47,550 nt of DNA from Candidatus Desantisbacteria bacterium CG1_02_49_89 (GTDB lineage: Bacteria; Desantisbacteria; UBA1551): contig MNUP01000028.1 in the NCBI GenBank assembly GCA_001871075.1, forward strand, positions 1-47,550. Direction: 5' to 3'. Below are positions 36,305 to 45,023 of the stretch, piece by piece; the first letter of the stretch is position 1; every line of letters starts with the position of its first letter. The notes beneath the pieces are model-generated. The model saw only the letters and a list, made by a program, of their open reading frames with translations, was not told where the DNA came from and did not search any database. Position numbers and translations under genes: made by a program.

Positions 36305-38833
36305 TTACGAAAGGATTATTTGAAGAACTTCTTTTTTAAGGTTCAATGCTTTAGGGAAATGGATGAGAAGGACCTTGCCGCGCCTGATCAGCTCGCAGGG
36401 GACGGGTTTGTTGTTAACCAAGGCTAAAAGCGCGGTAAACCGCGCCGCTACATTACCCAGAGATAGGGTCTGCAGGGAAAGGGAGCCGTAAGCGACCTCA
36501 ACGCGGGCGGTCATTTTTTTACCGGCGCGTTTCTGCGAGAACAGGCCCCAGCCGGAATCAACGGAAAAGAAACAGGAGAAATTATCCGCGTTAACGCGGG
36601 GCGAGAAACTCATCATCAGGATGGGCGCCGAATAGTGGAATCCGGACAGCGCGAGCAGCGCAGCCCATGAAGCCATTGAACGGGCATAGTGGTTGCCGCA
36701 CTCCATCTCGTTCCAGGGATTCCTTTTCTCTCCGTCATACCTGTCCCGCAGGCCTTTGATGACCGCAAGTCCTTCCTTCACAAGCCCTTCGTATATCAGG
36801 TGGGTGCCGACCTGGTACTCGATGCCCCCGCCCCATATCTCGTCGCAGTAGGGGAAGGGGATCTTGGGCCTTTTGCCTTTAGGCCAGGTGCAGATGAGCA
36901 GGCCGCTTTCGGTGTTCAGGCCGTAAACCCGCATGAAATTCACGTGGTTTTTCAGGCTTTTCTTCCAGTTGTATTTAAAGATCGAAGACATTGCCTTCTT
37001 CACCTTTTTCTCTTCAAAAAGGTAACCCATGTCGTTTATGTGCGCGAACCACTGCCCGATCATCTGGTCGGAAAGGCAGCCTGTCTTGAACTGGTATTTC
37101 AAATCCGGGTTTTCAGGCGCTTTTTGAAAATAATATTCGCCGTTGAAAAGATTCTTATCCATCCACCTGCTCCCGCTTTCAAAGAGAGCGCGGTATTCGT
37201 CCGCCTTTTCGTCCTCGCCCAGATACCTGGCTATCTCCTCCGCGCTTCGCAGGGCTCCCATGTAAAAACTTCCCATCATCGTGTTGGGGCCGTGGAATTC
37301 TATGTCATACGTGTTGTGCTGGATGCCTTCCATAACCCCGTCCTTGTCAAGGTCCCACCAGTCCTCGTTTGTTTTATTCCAGGCGTATTCAAGGGCTTTT
37401 TTTGCAGCCGGCCACAGTGATTTGAGCCACTTATCATCCCCGCTGAGCTGCCAGTCACGGTACAGCTTCATCAGCCCGCCCATCTGCCCGTCTCCCGCGG
37501 CGTGGAAATCTCCCTTTCCGCTTCCGAGCGGAAGCTGTATGCGGAACTGCATCTTTCCGTTCTCGAACTGGTTGTATCTGTAGTCGGCAGAGCGCATGCT
37601 TCTTTCAAGGCCGGGGAACAGGAACGCGAGTGTCTGCGCGTAGTTCCACACATGGGTGCATGAGCCCTCGCAGCACCCGCAGTTGGTGCCGCACCCTTCA
37701 AACCCGTAGAAGGTGCCGTCCTCAAGCCGCAGGCAGGTCGGGGATTTCAGTATGGATGCCTGGCTTGACACCGCGTCCAGCACGTAGTCCGGCAGGCTTG
37801 ACCTGAACAGGGTGTCATGGAACAGCTTCGTCTCTTCATAAAGGCGCTTTTCGTTCTCAGCCACGTATTCCGCTGTGTCAAATGCATCCTTGAAAAGCGA
37901 CGCGTAGTAATTCTTCCATACAGGTTTATTTGGAGAGCCGTCCCAGTATTTCTCAAAGTTGGGGAAATGCCAGGTGATGTAGATTGGAAGATTGACAGAT
38001 TGAGAAGGTTCAAGATTAACTGATAAAACAATAGCCCCGGTGTCAGTCTGGTTGTCTGCCGAGGGTTCATATGTCCGGTCTTTTACGGCCCCGTGTTCCA
38101 CGAATTCATCCCAGAAGATCCTGGGGCTGTCAAACCAGCCTTCCCGCGTCCAGCAGGTCTGGAAGGAGACGTTTTTCCAGGGGGTTGTAAGAGCCATTGA
38201 GCCGAAATGCGGGTCGTTTTCCTTGTATTTCTTCGTGGTCATGAAAAGGCCTTTTAATGAATTTGATGACCCTGAAGGGTCTACTCCTAACTCCATAAAG
38301 GTATTCACGTTCTGGCCGTAAGAAGGGAACCCGGCAGCGTTAAAAAGGCTGGCAGCGAGCGCAGCGTTCACCTTCTTCCTTCCTTTATTTACAAGCGTGA
38401 AGCGGAATATGGCGCAGGGAATGCTGGAATCCTTCGCGTTCAGGGGTATGAAAGGGTTATACGCTTCCATAGAAACCTTTAAAGGTATTTCGCTGTCCCG
38501 GAAATCAATGTTCGCGAAAGGGTATTCGCCGCGGAAAACGCAGGAATCCATGTGCGGCAGGCCTGCGCCGTTCTCTCTTATGTAGCCGCTTGGGCCCTGG
38601 TACGGCGGGGCAGGAGGCGCTTGGAGTAGTTTAGCTATTGGCTCATGGCTCATGGCTCGACACCTTAAGATAAAAAAAGAAAACGGTAAAATACAACCCT
38701 TATTGGGCTTGTTGAATATTTCCCAGTCCTTAAGCTCGCCGTGCCCGCCAAGGGAAACGCTTCCCGTGCCTATGCCGCCCAGGGGGAAGGCGATCTCATT
38801 CAGGCGTCGGCCCGTGAATGTGAATCTATTCAT
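36305..38833 (-). CDS. GH116 beta-glucosidase / non-lysosomal glucosylceramidase-like
   Basis: AFPLGGIGTG, DWEIFNKP, FYGFEG...CTHVWNY, HNTYD, NPWNEMECGNHYARSMASW; GGAGG SD before ATG 38833. Confidence 0.9.
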   Translation of the reverse strand: MNRFTFTGRRLNEIAFPLGGIGTGSVSLGGHGELKDWEIFNKPNKGCILPFSFFILRCRAMSHEPIAKLLQAPPAPPYQGPSGYIRENGAGLPHMDSCVFRGEYPFANIDFRDSEIPLKVSMEAYNPFIPLNAKDSSIPCAIFRFTLVNKGRKKVNAALAASLFNAAGFPSYGQNVNTFMELGVDPSGSSNSLKGLFMTTKKYKENDPHFGSMALTTPWKNVSFQTCWTREGWFDSPRIFWDEFVEHGAVKDRTYEPSADNQTDTGAIVLSVNLEPSQSVNLPIYITWHFPNFEKYWDGSPNKPVWKNYYASLFKDAFDTAEYVAENEKRLYEETKLFHDTLFRSSLPDYVLDAVSSQASILKSPTCLRLEDGTFYGFEGCGTNCGCCEGSCTHVWNYAQTLAFLFPGLERSMRSADYRYNQFENGKMQFRIQLPLGSGKGDFHAAGDGQMGGLMKLYRDWQLSGDDKWLKSLWPAAKKALEYAWNKTNEDWWDLDKDGVMEGIQHNTYDIEFHGPNTMMGSFYMGALRSAEEIARYLGEDEKADEYRALFESGSRWMDKNLFNGEYYFQKAPENPDLKYQFKTGCLSDQMIGQWFAHINDMGYLFEEKKVKKAMSSIFKYNWKKSLKNHVNFMRVYGLNTESGLLICTWPKGKRPKIPFPYCDEIWGGGIEYQVGTHLIYEGLVKEGLAVIKGLRDRYDGEKRNPWNEMECGNHYARSMASWAALLALSGFHYSAPILMMSFSPRVNADNFSCFFSVDSGWGLFSQKRAGKKMTARVEVAYGSLSLQTLSLGNVAARFTALLALVNNKPVPCELIRRGKVLLIHFPKALNLKKEVLQIILS

Positions 38834-38951
38834 TGTGCCTCCATTTCGTGCTTCGTAACATCGTAACATCGTGCATCGTTAAATCCCCCTCTTTCCCCCT
38901 TTTTAAAGGGGGATGGCAGGGGGATTTCTTAATCAGGGCTGAAGCCCTGAG

Positions 38952-40946
38952 TTACGCGACCTTAAGCAAAACAATTTCCCACGGATGCAACTCTTTGATC
39001 TCAAACACAGAATACGGCTTATCAATGCGCATGCGTTTGATTTTTTCAGCGGACATATCAGTGTGGATCAGTGTCAAATTGTTTGCGTCTTCCAGTATGT
39101 TTACCCTTACTTTTTCCGCAATGTCCAGGGAACAGTTTAGCAGGAGCAGGGCGGGCCTGCCTTTTTTATCCCTGCGGCACCAAACTGCGATCTTGTGGAA
39201 TGAAGACACGTACGCCGGAAGGGTGTCCTTCGAAAGCCACCTTAAAAGAGTTTTTATCTGCGAGCTCTTTGAAAGGCTGTGCAGGGAGGTCCACGGATAA
39301 TATCCCTGGACAGCGAAGCGTCCGCCGAGAGGGTTCTCGAACGCGCCGCATAAAGGGCCGGAGTTTTTGTCAGCGTAATCAAAGGCTTCTGAAAGGACCC
39401 TGCTTTCTTTTTTAAGCGGTTTCAGGATATACGCGTCAGCCTTCCAGAAAGACTGTCGGCAATCCCTTTCCCATCCTTCGAACTTCCCGTTTATTTTGTC
39501 CCCGGTCAGCATTTCCCGGGTATCCTTATCTTTCGTTCTTTCTATGCCAAACCCGGTGTATTCCGCCATCCCGAGCTCATTGAGCCTTTTCAGGGCAGGG
39601 GCGTCAGCAAGCACGCCGCCCGAAAGCATTTCCTTTATTTCGTTTTTTGAGAACGAGGCAAAACAGTCTTCGGTAATGACCTTCACCGAGGAAGAGCCCT
39701 TCGCGTACGCAACCGGTATCCCGATCTGCGAGAGCTCAAGCACGCATCGCGGCCCGACCGCCGGCCCGGTATGCGGCCAGCCGCTGTTATCGATGCCGAA
39801 CGTGGCGTAACAGTCCCTGTCTGCGGCAAACCCGGCCCCTTCGCATTTGCTCCTGCCGAAAGCCTTTACTTCTTCTTCAAAGAACCTGCGGTATTTCTTC
39901 GTCCCTTCAAAATAGGGAATGTATTCATCCATGGAATCCTTGATGGTCCCGATTATGTTCAGGGCTACACCCGTGCATCCCTCGCCGATATACGCGGCTG
40001 ATTCCAGGCAGACCGTTTTCGCGCTTTTCTTAAGTTTCTGGTAGGGGAAGTTCTCGAGTTCGGACACTATATCGTAAACCTCAGCGGGCAGGGACTCGGC
40101 CTGCCTTCCGATGGAGTGTGCTTTTTCAAGCAGTTCGCAGGGGTTGTCATCAGTGTAAAACCCGCCTCCGGGCCGCCATTTTATCTCGACGCTGTTTTTT
40201 CCCGAAAGCGTCTCGGCCCACCCGCGGAATTCCCTTCCGGAATAGTATATGTCGGCTGTCATAAGCCCCAGTTTTATGGAGGGGTCCACGCTGTCAACCG
40301 CTTTCCTGATCAAAGCGAGGATCCCGTCTATCGCCTTGCGGTTATGCTCAAGCCATTTCTTCCGCAGGCCCAATTTTTCTTCCATTGAACCCGAGTTGAA
40401 TGCCTTGTCCAGTTTTTCCCTTGTCCACGCGGTCCCTGTTTCTTTCGAGAACAGTTCCAGGCATTTTTCGCAGAAACAGGCGAACCTGACAGGCGCGTGC
40501 CCTTCCATCCTGAGGTCATCGTCCACCCAGATGAAATCCGGCTTTGTCTTCGCGTACATAATGTAGGTTTGGGCAACGTATTCCCTGAAGTTCTCGTCCG
40601 CGGGGCAGAAGCTTCCTTTCGCTACGGTTCCGTTGATGTCGGTCATTCTCTGCCAGGGCTCATCCAGGGAGTTTTCAAGGTTCTCATCCAGGTGGCCGAG
40701 TGTAGCGAGGTAGTTGACCCCGGTTGAGAAACCGAGCTTCCTGAAACGCGGCATGACTTTTTTCAGCACCCTTGCGCGTTCTGCGGCGGTTTTTGCGGGG
40801 ACAGGAGGGTGGGTGAAGCCGGTGAAGAACGCCAGCTCGTCAACGGTGCCGCGGTATTTCCTGAGCAGTTTTAAAAGTTCGGCGCAGTTACCCTCATCCA
40901 TCCATAAGGGCACGCCTACCCGCAAAGCAACCTTTGATTTTTTCAT
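38952..40946 (-). CDS. Unassigned glycoside hydrolase-like protein
   Basis: CPAD...F, FIWVDDDLR, ACFCEKC, SELENFPY, glutamine amidotransferase-like C-terminal region; AGGAGG SD; lies within the glycosidase run. Confidence 0.55.
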   Translation of the reverse strand: MKKSKVALRVGVPLWMDEGNCAELLKLLRKYRGTVDELAFFTGFTHPPVPAKTAAERARVLKKVMPRFRKLGFSTGVNYLATLGHLDENLENSLDEPWQRMTDINGTVAKGSFCPADENFREYVAQTYIMYAKTKPDFIWVDDDLRMEGHAPVRFACFCEKCLELFSKETGTAWTREKLDKAFNSGSMEEKLGLRKKWLEHNRKAIDGILALIRKAVDSVDPSIKLGLMTADIYYSGREFRGWAETLSGKNSVEIKWRPGGGFYTDDNPCELLEKAHSIGRQAESLPAEVYDIVSELENFPYQKLKKSAKTVCLESAAYIGEGCTGVALNIIGTIKDSMDEYIPYFEGTKKYRRFFEEEVKAFGRSKCEGAGFAADRDCYATFGIDNSGWPHTGPAVGPRCVLELSQIGIPVAYAKGSSSVKVITEDCFASFSKNEIKEMLSGGVLADAPALKRLNELGMAEYTGFGIERTKDKDTREMLTGDKINGKFEGWERDCRQSFWKADAYILKPLKKESRVLSEAFDYADKNSGPLCGAFENPLGGRFAVQGYYPWTSLHSLSKSSQIKTLLRWLSKDTLPAYVSSFHKIAVWCRRDKKGRPALLLLNCSLDIAEKVRVNILEDANNLTLIHTDMSAEKIKRMRIDKPYSVFEIKELHPWEIVLLKVA

Positions 40947-41108
40947 TATACCTCCTGTCTGCTGATGCAAGCGGATTAGACAATACGGATGCAGACGGAT
41001 AAAAAATTACAGATTACAGATTATAGATCGGAAGAGTTAAATTTGAAATTTGCAATTTGCAATTTGAAATTTCTTTTACTGGCCACTGGACACTGGCCAC
41101 TGGTCACT

Positions 41109-43142
41109 TTATTCAAGGACGACCATCTGGTGGCCCCTGACCTCAGGCACGCTTACGACAGCGCAGTTCCCGGCCATTTCGAACGGTATGTCAATTTCCT
41201 GAGGGGCAAGATAGACGCGGGACGGTTTTTTTGCCGTGCGGATGTGCAGGAGCACGTCACGGACAGGATAAATGGTCTCGATATATTCCATGATGCCGTG
41301 CCTGCGCTGCGGCTGGAAATTGACAAGGTGGACCACAAGCCTGCCTTTCTGCTTGAGCACGTCTATTTCCATTGACGCGGGCGCGTTTGCCCGGATAAGC
41401 GGCTCTTTGAGCAGCATGTTCAGGGCGTTGGCGAAGATCGTTTTATACGCATGGTATCCGTGCAGGTGGTAACCCTTGAAAATAGAGCCGTAGATATAGA
41501 TGACCCTGCCTTTTTGAACAGCGACCGGATAGGGAAGGGTTTTGTCAGGCGGGGACTGAAAATGCGAGCAGAAATGGCGATAATCCCGGTTGAAATAGCT
41601 GGAGCAGACGTTACCCATGCTTTTCGCGCCACCTGCGGTCTTTTTCACGAGGCTTGATTCCTCGTACATCGCCCAGGGTGTCTGCACAAGCCCTTTGCCC
41701 AGGGCGGTGTCCAGCTTCATGAAGCTGGGTATGAATTCGCAGGGTTTCACGTATTTTGCGCCGATACCGGGGCAGGCGAATTTACCGGTGTTCTTATCAA
41801 GGGTTGCTTCGTGTGAAAGGATCACAGACCCGCCTTTTAAAAGGAACGCGCTAAGTTTTTTGCGCAGGGCAGGGCCGCATGCACCCTTGTCAGGCAGGAC
41901 CAGTACCTTGTATTGATCGAAGTTCCCTTCGGTTGATTCCACGTTCCACTGGTGTTTCAGTTCCTGCAGCATAGCCCCGGCCCCGAACCGCGAGTCATTA
42001 AAAAGCATGCCTTCCCACGGAGAGCCGATCTCGACTGAAGCATCAGGTTTGTCCGGAAGCATGAGCACCGCGATTTCCGCTATTGCTTTTGCTCCAACGC
42101 ACCACGGCTCTCTTTCCTCAAGTTTTTTATATGTCGCGCCTACTATCTCATAGACACCTTTGTTGAGTTTACCGCGCGGGTGCAGCTGGTCCCCGATCCC
42201 CATCCCAGCGCCTGCTCCCAGTATCGCGCCCATTTCGTATTCAAGCTGGTCTTCTGTTTTCAGGCCTCCGAAATCACCCCAGGACTTGTGGAACCTGGCG
42301 GTCTGGCCTACGTACCTGCGGTTAAGGGTCCTGCACATCCTTGCCATGAACGGGAAGAACAGGTATCCCCAGCCCGGAACAGTGGGTAGGGATTCTATTT
42401 CAAGGTGGGTGAGCACGTCCAGCTCGTTGCGGACATTCGGGGTGACACGGGAGTTGAAAAAGAGCATGGCGTTCGGTTTTATCCTGCGCACCGCTTTTGC
42501 AAGCTCCCTGGTGTATTCGCGGATGATGCGGTATTCCATGTCCCAGTGCTTCGCGTCGTCATTGCGGTCAAAGCCCTCTTTATCCATCCTTTCAAGGCAC
42601 CGCTGGCAGAAACACCCGGGATACGGCGCGGGATAGCACATGTCGAACCATATGCCTTCGGGATCGTATCTCTTCATTATCTCGACTGCCTGGTCTTCGA
42701 CGTACTTGTAATATTCGGGGTTGTTCATGCACATGTTGTACCATGCAGCTTCCATCGGGGAGGGGCACCACGGCCTGCCGTCTTTTGTCCTGTTAACCCA
42801 GCCAAGGTTCTGCCTGCCCATGTGCACGTCAACCTTGACGCTTACGTAAACAGGGGTGGCGATGTTGTATTTGCGGCACGCCTTTATCTGTTTTCCCAGC
42901 AGGTCGAATTTTAATCCGGGGTGCATTGTGCCGGTCTTTGTGGGGTAATAGCTCATACCGTGGTGGCATTTGCCGAAAAGGGTGATAAGGTTCACCCGCG
43001 CTTTGTTAAGCGTGCTGCCGAACTCGTCCGGGTCGAACTCTGTCCCCACGTCCTTTATAAGCTCGGATGTGTGGAAATCAAGGTGCACCCATCGCAGGCG
43101 TTGCTCGCAGATCTGCGCCGGCGTTATTACTTTTCTTGCCAT
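41109..43142 (-). CDS. GH151-like (GHL6) putative alpha-L-fucosidase
   Basis: VHLDFHTS, FGKCHHGMSYYPT, GIWFD, LEIESLP, ARFHKSWGDFGG, IGDQLHPRG. Confidence 0.85.
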   Translation of the reverse strand: MARKVITPAQICEQRLRWVHLDFHTSELIKDVGTEFDPDEFGSTLNKARVNLITLFGKCHHGMSYYPTKTGTMHPGLKFDLLGKQIKACRKYNIATPVYVSVKVDVHMGRQNLGWVNRTKDGRPWCPSPMEAAWYNMCMNNPEYYKYVEDQAVEIMKRYDPEGIWFDMCYPAPYPGCFCQRCLERMDKEGFDRNDDAKHWDMEYRIIREYTRELAKAVRRIKPNAMLFFNSRVTPNVRNELDVLTHLEIESLPTVPGWGYLFFPFMARMCRTLNRRYVGQTARFHKSWGDFGGLKTEDQLEYEMGAILGAGAGMGIGDQLHPRGKLNKGVYEIVGATYKKLEEREPWCVGAKAIAEIAVLMLPDKPDASVEIGSPWEGMLFNDSRFGAGAMLQELKHQWNVESTEGNFDQYKVLVLPDKGACGPALRKKLSAFLLKGGSVILSHEATLDKNTGKFACPGIGAKYVKPCEFIPSFMKLDTALGKGLVQTPWAMYEESSLVKKTAGGAKSMGNVCSSYFNRDYRHFCSHFQSPPDKTLPYPVAVQKGRVIYIYGSIFKGYHLHGYHAYKTIFANALNMLLKEPLIRANAPASMEIDVLKQKGRLVVHLVNFQPQRRHGIMEYIETIYPVRDVLLHIRTAKKPSRVYLAPQEIDIPFEMAGNCAVVSVPEVRGHQMVVLE

Positions 43143-43196
43143 GAATCCTCCTAATCCCCCTCAAATCCCCCTTTAATAAAGGGGGAAGAAGGGGGA

Positions 43197-44513
43197 TTAT
43201 CTTTTAAGGAATAATTCCACGACCGGCACCGTGACGCTGGGCTTGTCCGCAGGCAGCTGCAGCACTACCGATCTTTCCTGCCTTTTGCCTATCTTCTTCC
43301 TTGCCATCTGGTCCGCCACCCAGGGCTCAAGCCCCAGCCCGATCTCGCTGGCGTCATTTAACAGCTGGGCGTATTCAACCCTGTCAGCAAAAGCGTTGCC
43401 GTCAAGATAAAGGTGCCTGTAAGGCCACGCGAGTATGTGCACGTAAAGCCTTCTTGCCGCGGGGTTGTAAGTAAGCTTACAGTTCTCAGGCACATTGAAC
43501 TCAGCCGGAGCCTGGGTGCAGCCGTAGATAGACCTGCCGTGCCTTCTCATCCATTCGCCTATACCCTCAAGCCTGGCAATAGCGCGGTAATCGAATTCTC
43601 CCCTTGCCGTAGGGCCCACGTTCAATAAAAGATTGCCGCCCTTGCTGACGCAGTCGATAAGGGTGCGGATAAGCTCGTCAACGCTCCTCCATGAGGACTC
43701 GTCCCTGTGGTATCCCCATGAGCCGGAGAATGTCTGGCAGGCTTCCCACACCACTTTCTGGCCGTTGACAGTTACCCATTCCCTGGGCTGGAACTGTTCA
43801 GGCGTCTTGATGTCCCATCCTTTTTCAAGGTCAAGCCTGTCGTCCAGCATTACGCCGGGCATCAGTTCCCTTACCATCTTGTAAAGTTTTTCGCTCTGCC
43901 ATTCGTTGCGCCCTTTGCCTGACCCGTCAGGCTTGGGATAGGAAAAGTCAAACCACATTATGTCTATCTTGCCGAATTTTGTCAGCAGTTCCCTTACCTG
44001 GTTGTGCAGGTATTCCGCGTATTTTGCCTGGTTGCGCGTCTTGTTCATTTTATCCCTGTCAGCGTTGCGGTACGGCCCGACATGGGGATCTATCGTGTAC
44101 TGCGGGTGATGCCAGTCGATCAATGAATGGTACAGGCCAACGCGCAGGCCGTTATTGCGGTACGCGTCCACCATAGGTTTTAAAAGGTCCTTGCCGCATG
44201 GAGTGCTGGGCGCTTTGTAATCGGTGTATTCCGAATCCCACAGGCAGAAACCTTCATGGTGCTTTGTCGTGATGACGAAATATTTCATGCCCGCGTTCGC
44301 TGCTGTCTTCGCCCACATCTCGGGGTCATAAAGGTCAGGGTTGAAATGTTTGAAATACCTGCGCTCGTATTCAGGGACGGGTATCTGCTCGTTGTGCTGC
44401 AGCCACTCGTGCCTGGCGCCCATCGCGTACAGCCCCCAGTGAATGAACATCCCGAACCTTGCTTCCGTGAACCACTTTGAATCTCCCGCCGTTCTCCGAA
44501 CCTGCTCCGCCAT
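43197..44513 (-). CDS. GH29 alpha-L-fucosidase
   Basis: WF.EARFGMFIHWGLY, TTKHHEGFCLW, WFD nucleophile, SKGGNLLLNVGP; start MAEQV after AAGGAGG. Confidence 0.95.
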   Translation of the reverse strand: MAEQVRRTAGDSKWFTEARFGMFIHWGLYAMGARHEWLQHNEQIPVPEYERRYFKHFNPDLYDPEMWAKTAANAGMKYFVITTKHHEGFCLWDSEYTDYKAPSTPCGKDLLKPMVDAYRNNGLRVGLYHSLIDWHHPQYTIDPHVGPYRNADRDKMNKTRNQAKYAEYLHNQVRELLTKFGKIDIMWFDFSYPKPDGSGKGRNEWQSEKLYKMVRELMPGVMLDDRLDLEKGWDIKTPEQFQPREWVTVNGQKVVWEACQTFSGSWGYHRDESSWRSVDELIRTLIDCVSKGGNLLLNVGPTARGEFDYRAIARLEGIGEWMRRHGRSIYGCTQAPAEFNVPENCKLTYNPAARRLYVHILAWPYRHLYLDGNAFADRVEYAQLLNDASEIGLGLEPWVADQMARKKIGKRQERSVVLQLPADKPSVTVPVVELFLKR

Positions 44514-44811
44514 TGCTCCTCCTTTTTTAAAACAGTCATGGGTCATGCGTCATGAGTCATGTGTAAAAAGCGTGTCAGCGTGTCAACGTAAAAACAAGGA
44601 TTTTATTGTAACTCAAACCTTCAGGTTTGATATCAGGACTCCCTCCTTAAAGCCTGGCGGGTCTTCGAAAAGTCCTGAGTTACACATCGTTCTCACTAAA
44701 CTCAGTGCCTTCGGCGGCAAAATGAGTTCTCGTAAGTTCCCTGTGAAAAGAGTCTTAAGGTAGTCTCCCGCCACTTCGGCGGGTCGCCGATGGGGCGACT
44801 GTGCCTCTGTG

Positions 44812-44878
44812 CCGTAGCGCCATCCACTCAGTTCTGGTGCGTAGGTCCCTGTGTTGAGCTGCGTAGCAGTTACAGGGA
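44812..44878 (-). repeat. 67-nt mini-element
   Basis: TCCCTGT...CAAC-ACAGGGA-CCTAC-GCACCA-GAACTGAGTGGA-TGGCGC-TACGG, interrupting a CTCTGTG simple repeat. Confidence 0.85.
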
Positions 44879-44908
44879 ACTCTGTGGTAATTCTTTTCGT
44901 GCTTTCGT

Positions 44909-44975
44909 CCGCAGCGCCATCTGCTCAGCTCTGGCGCGCAGGCCCCTGCGTTGAGCTGCGCAGCAGCTGCAGGGG
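44909..44975 (-). repeat. 67-nt mini-element
   Basis: CCCCTGC...CAAC-GCAGGGG-CCTGC-GCGCCA-GAGCTGAGCAGA-TGGCGC-TGCGG; the empty site matches the reverse complement of about 47041-47067. Confidence 0.85.
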
Positions 44976-45023
44976 GATACTTTCGTGTCCCAAAGGGATC
45001 CCCTTGGGACTTTCGTGGAAATT

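Noticed and set aside
44812-44975. glmS or twister ribozyme suggested by GCGCCAGARCT and YAACAC
   Set aside because: The downstream cores (GACGAGG for glmS, the pseudoknot partners for twister) are absent and there is no glmS gene.
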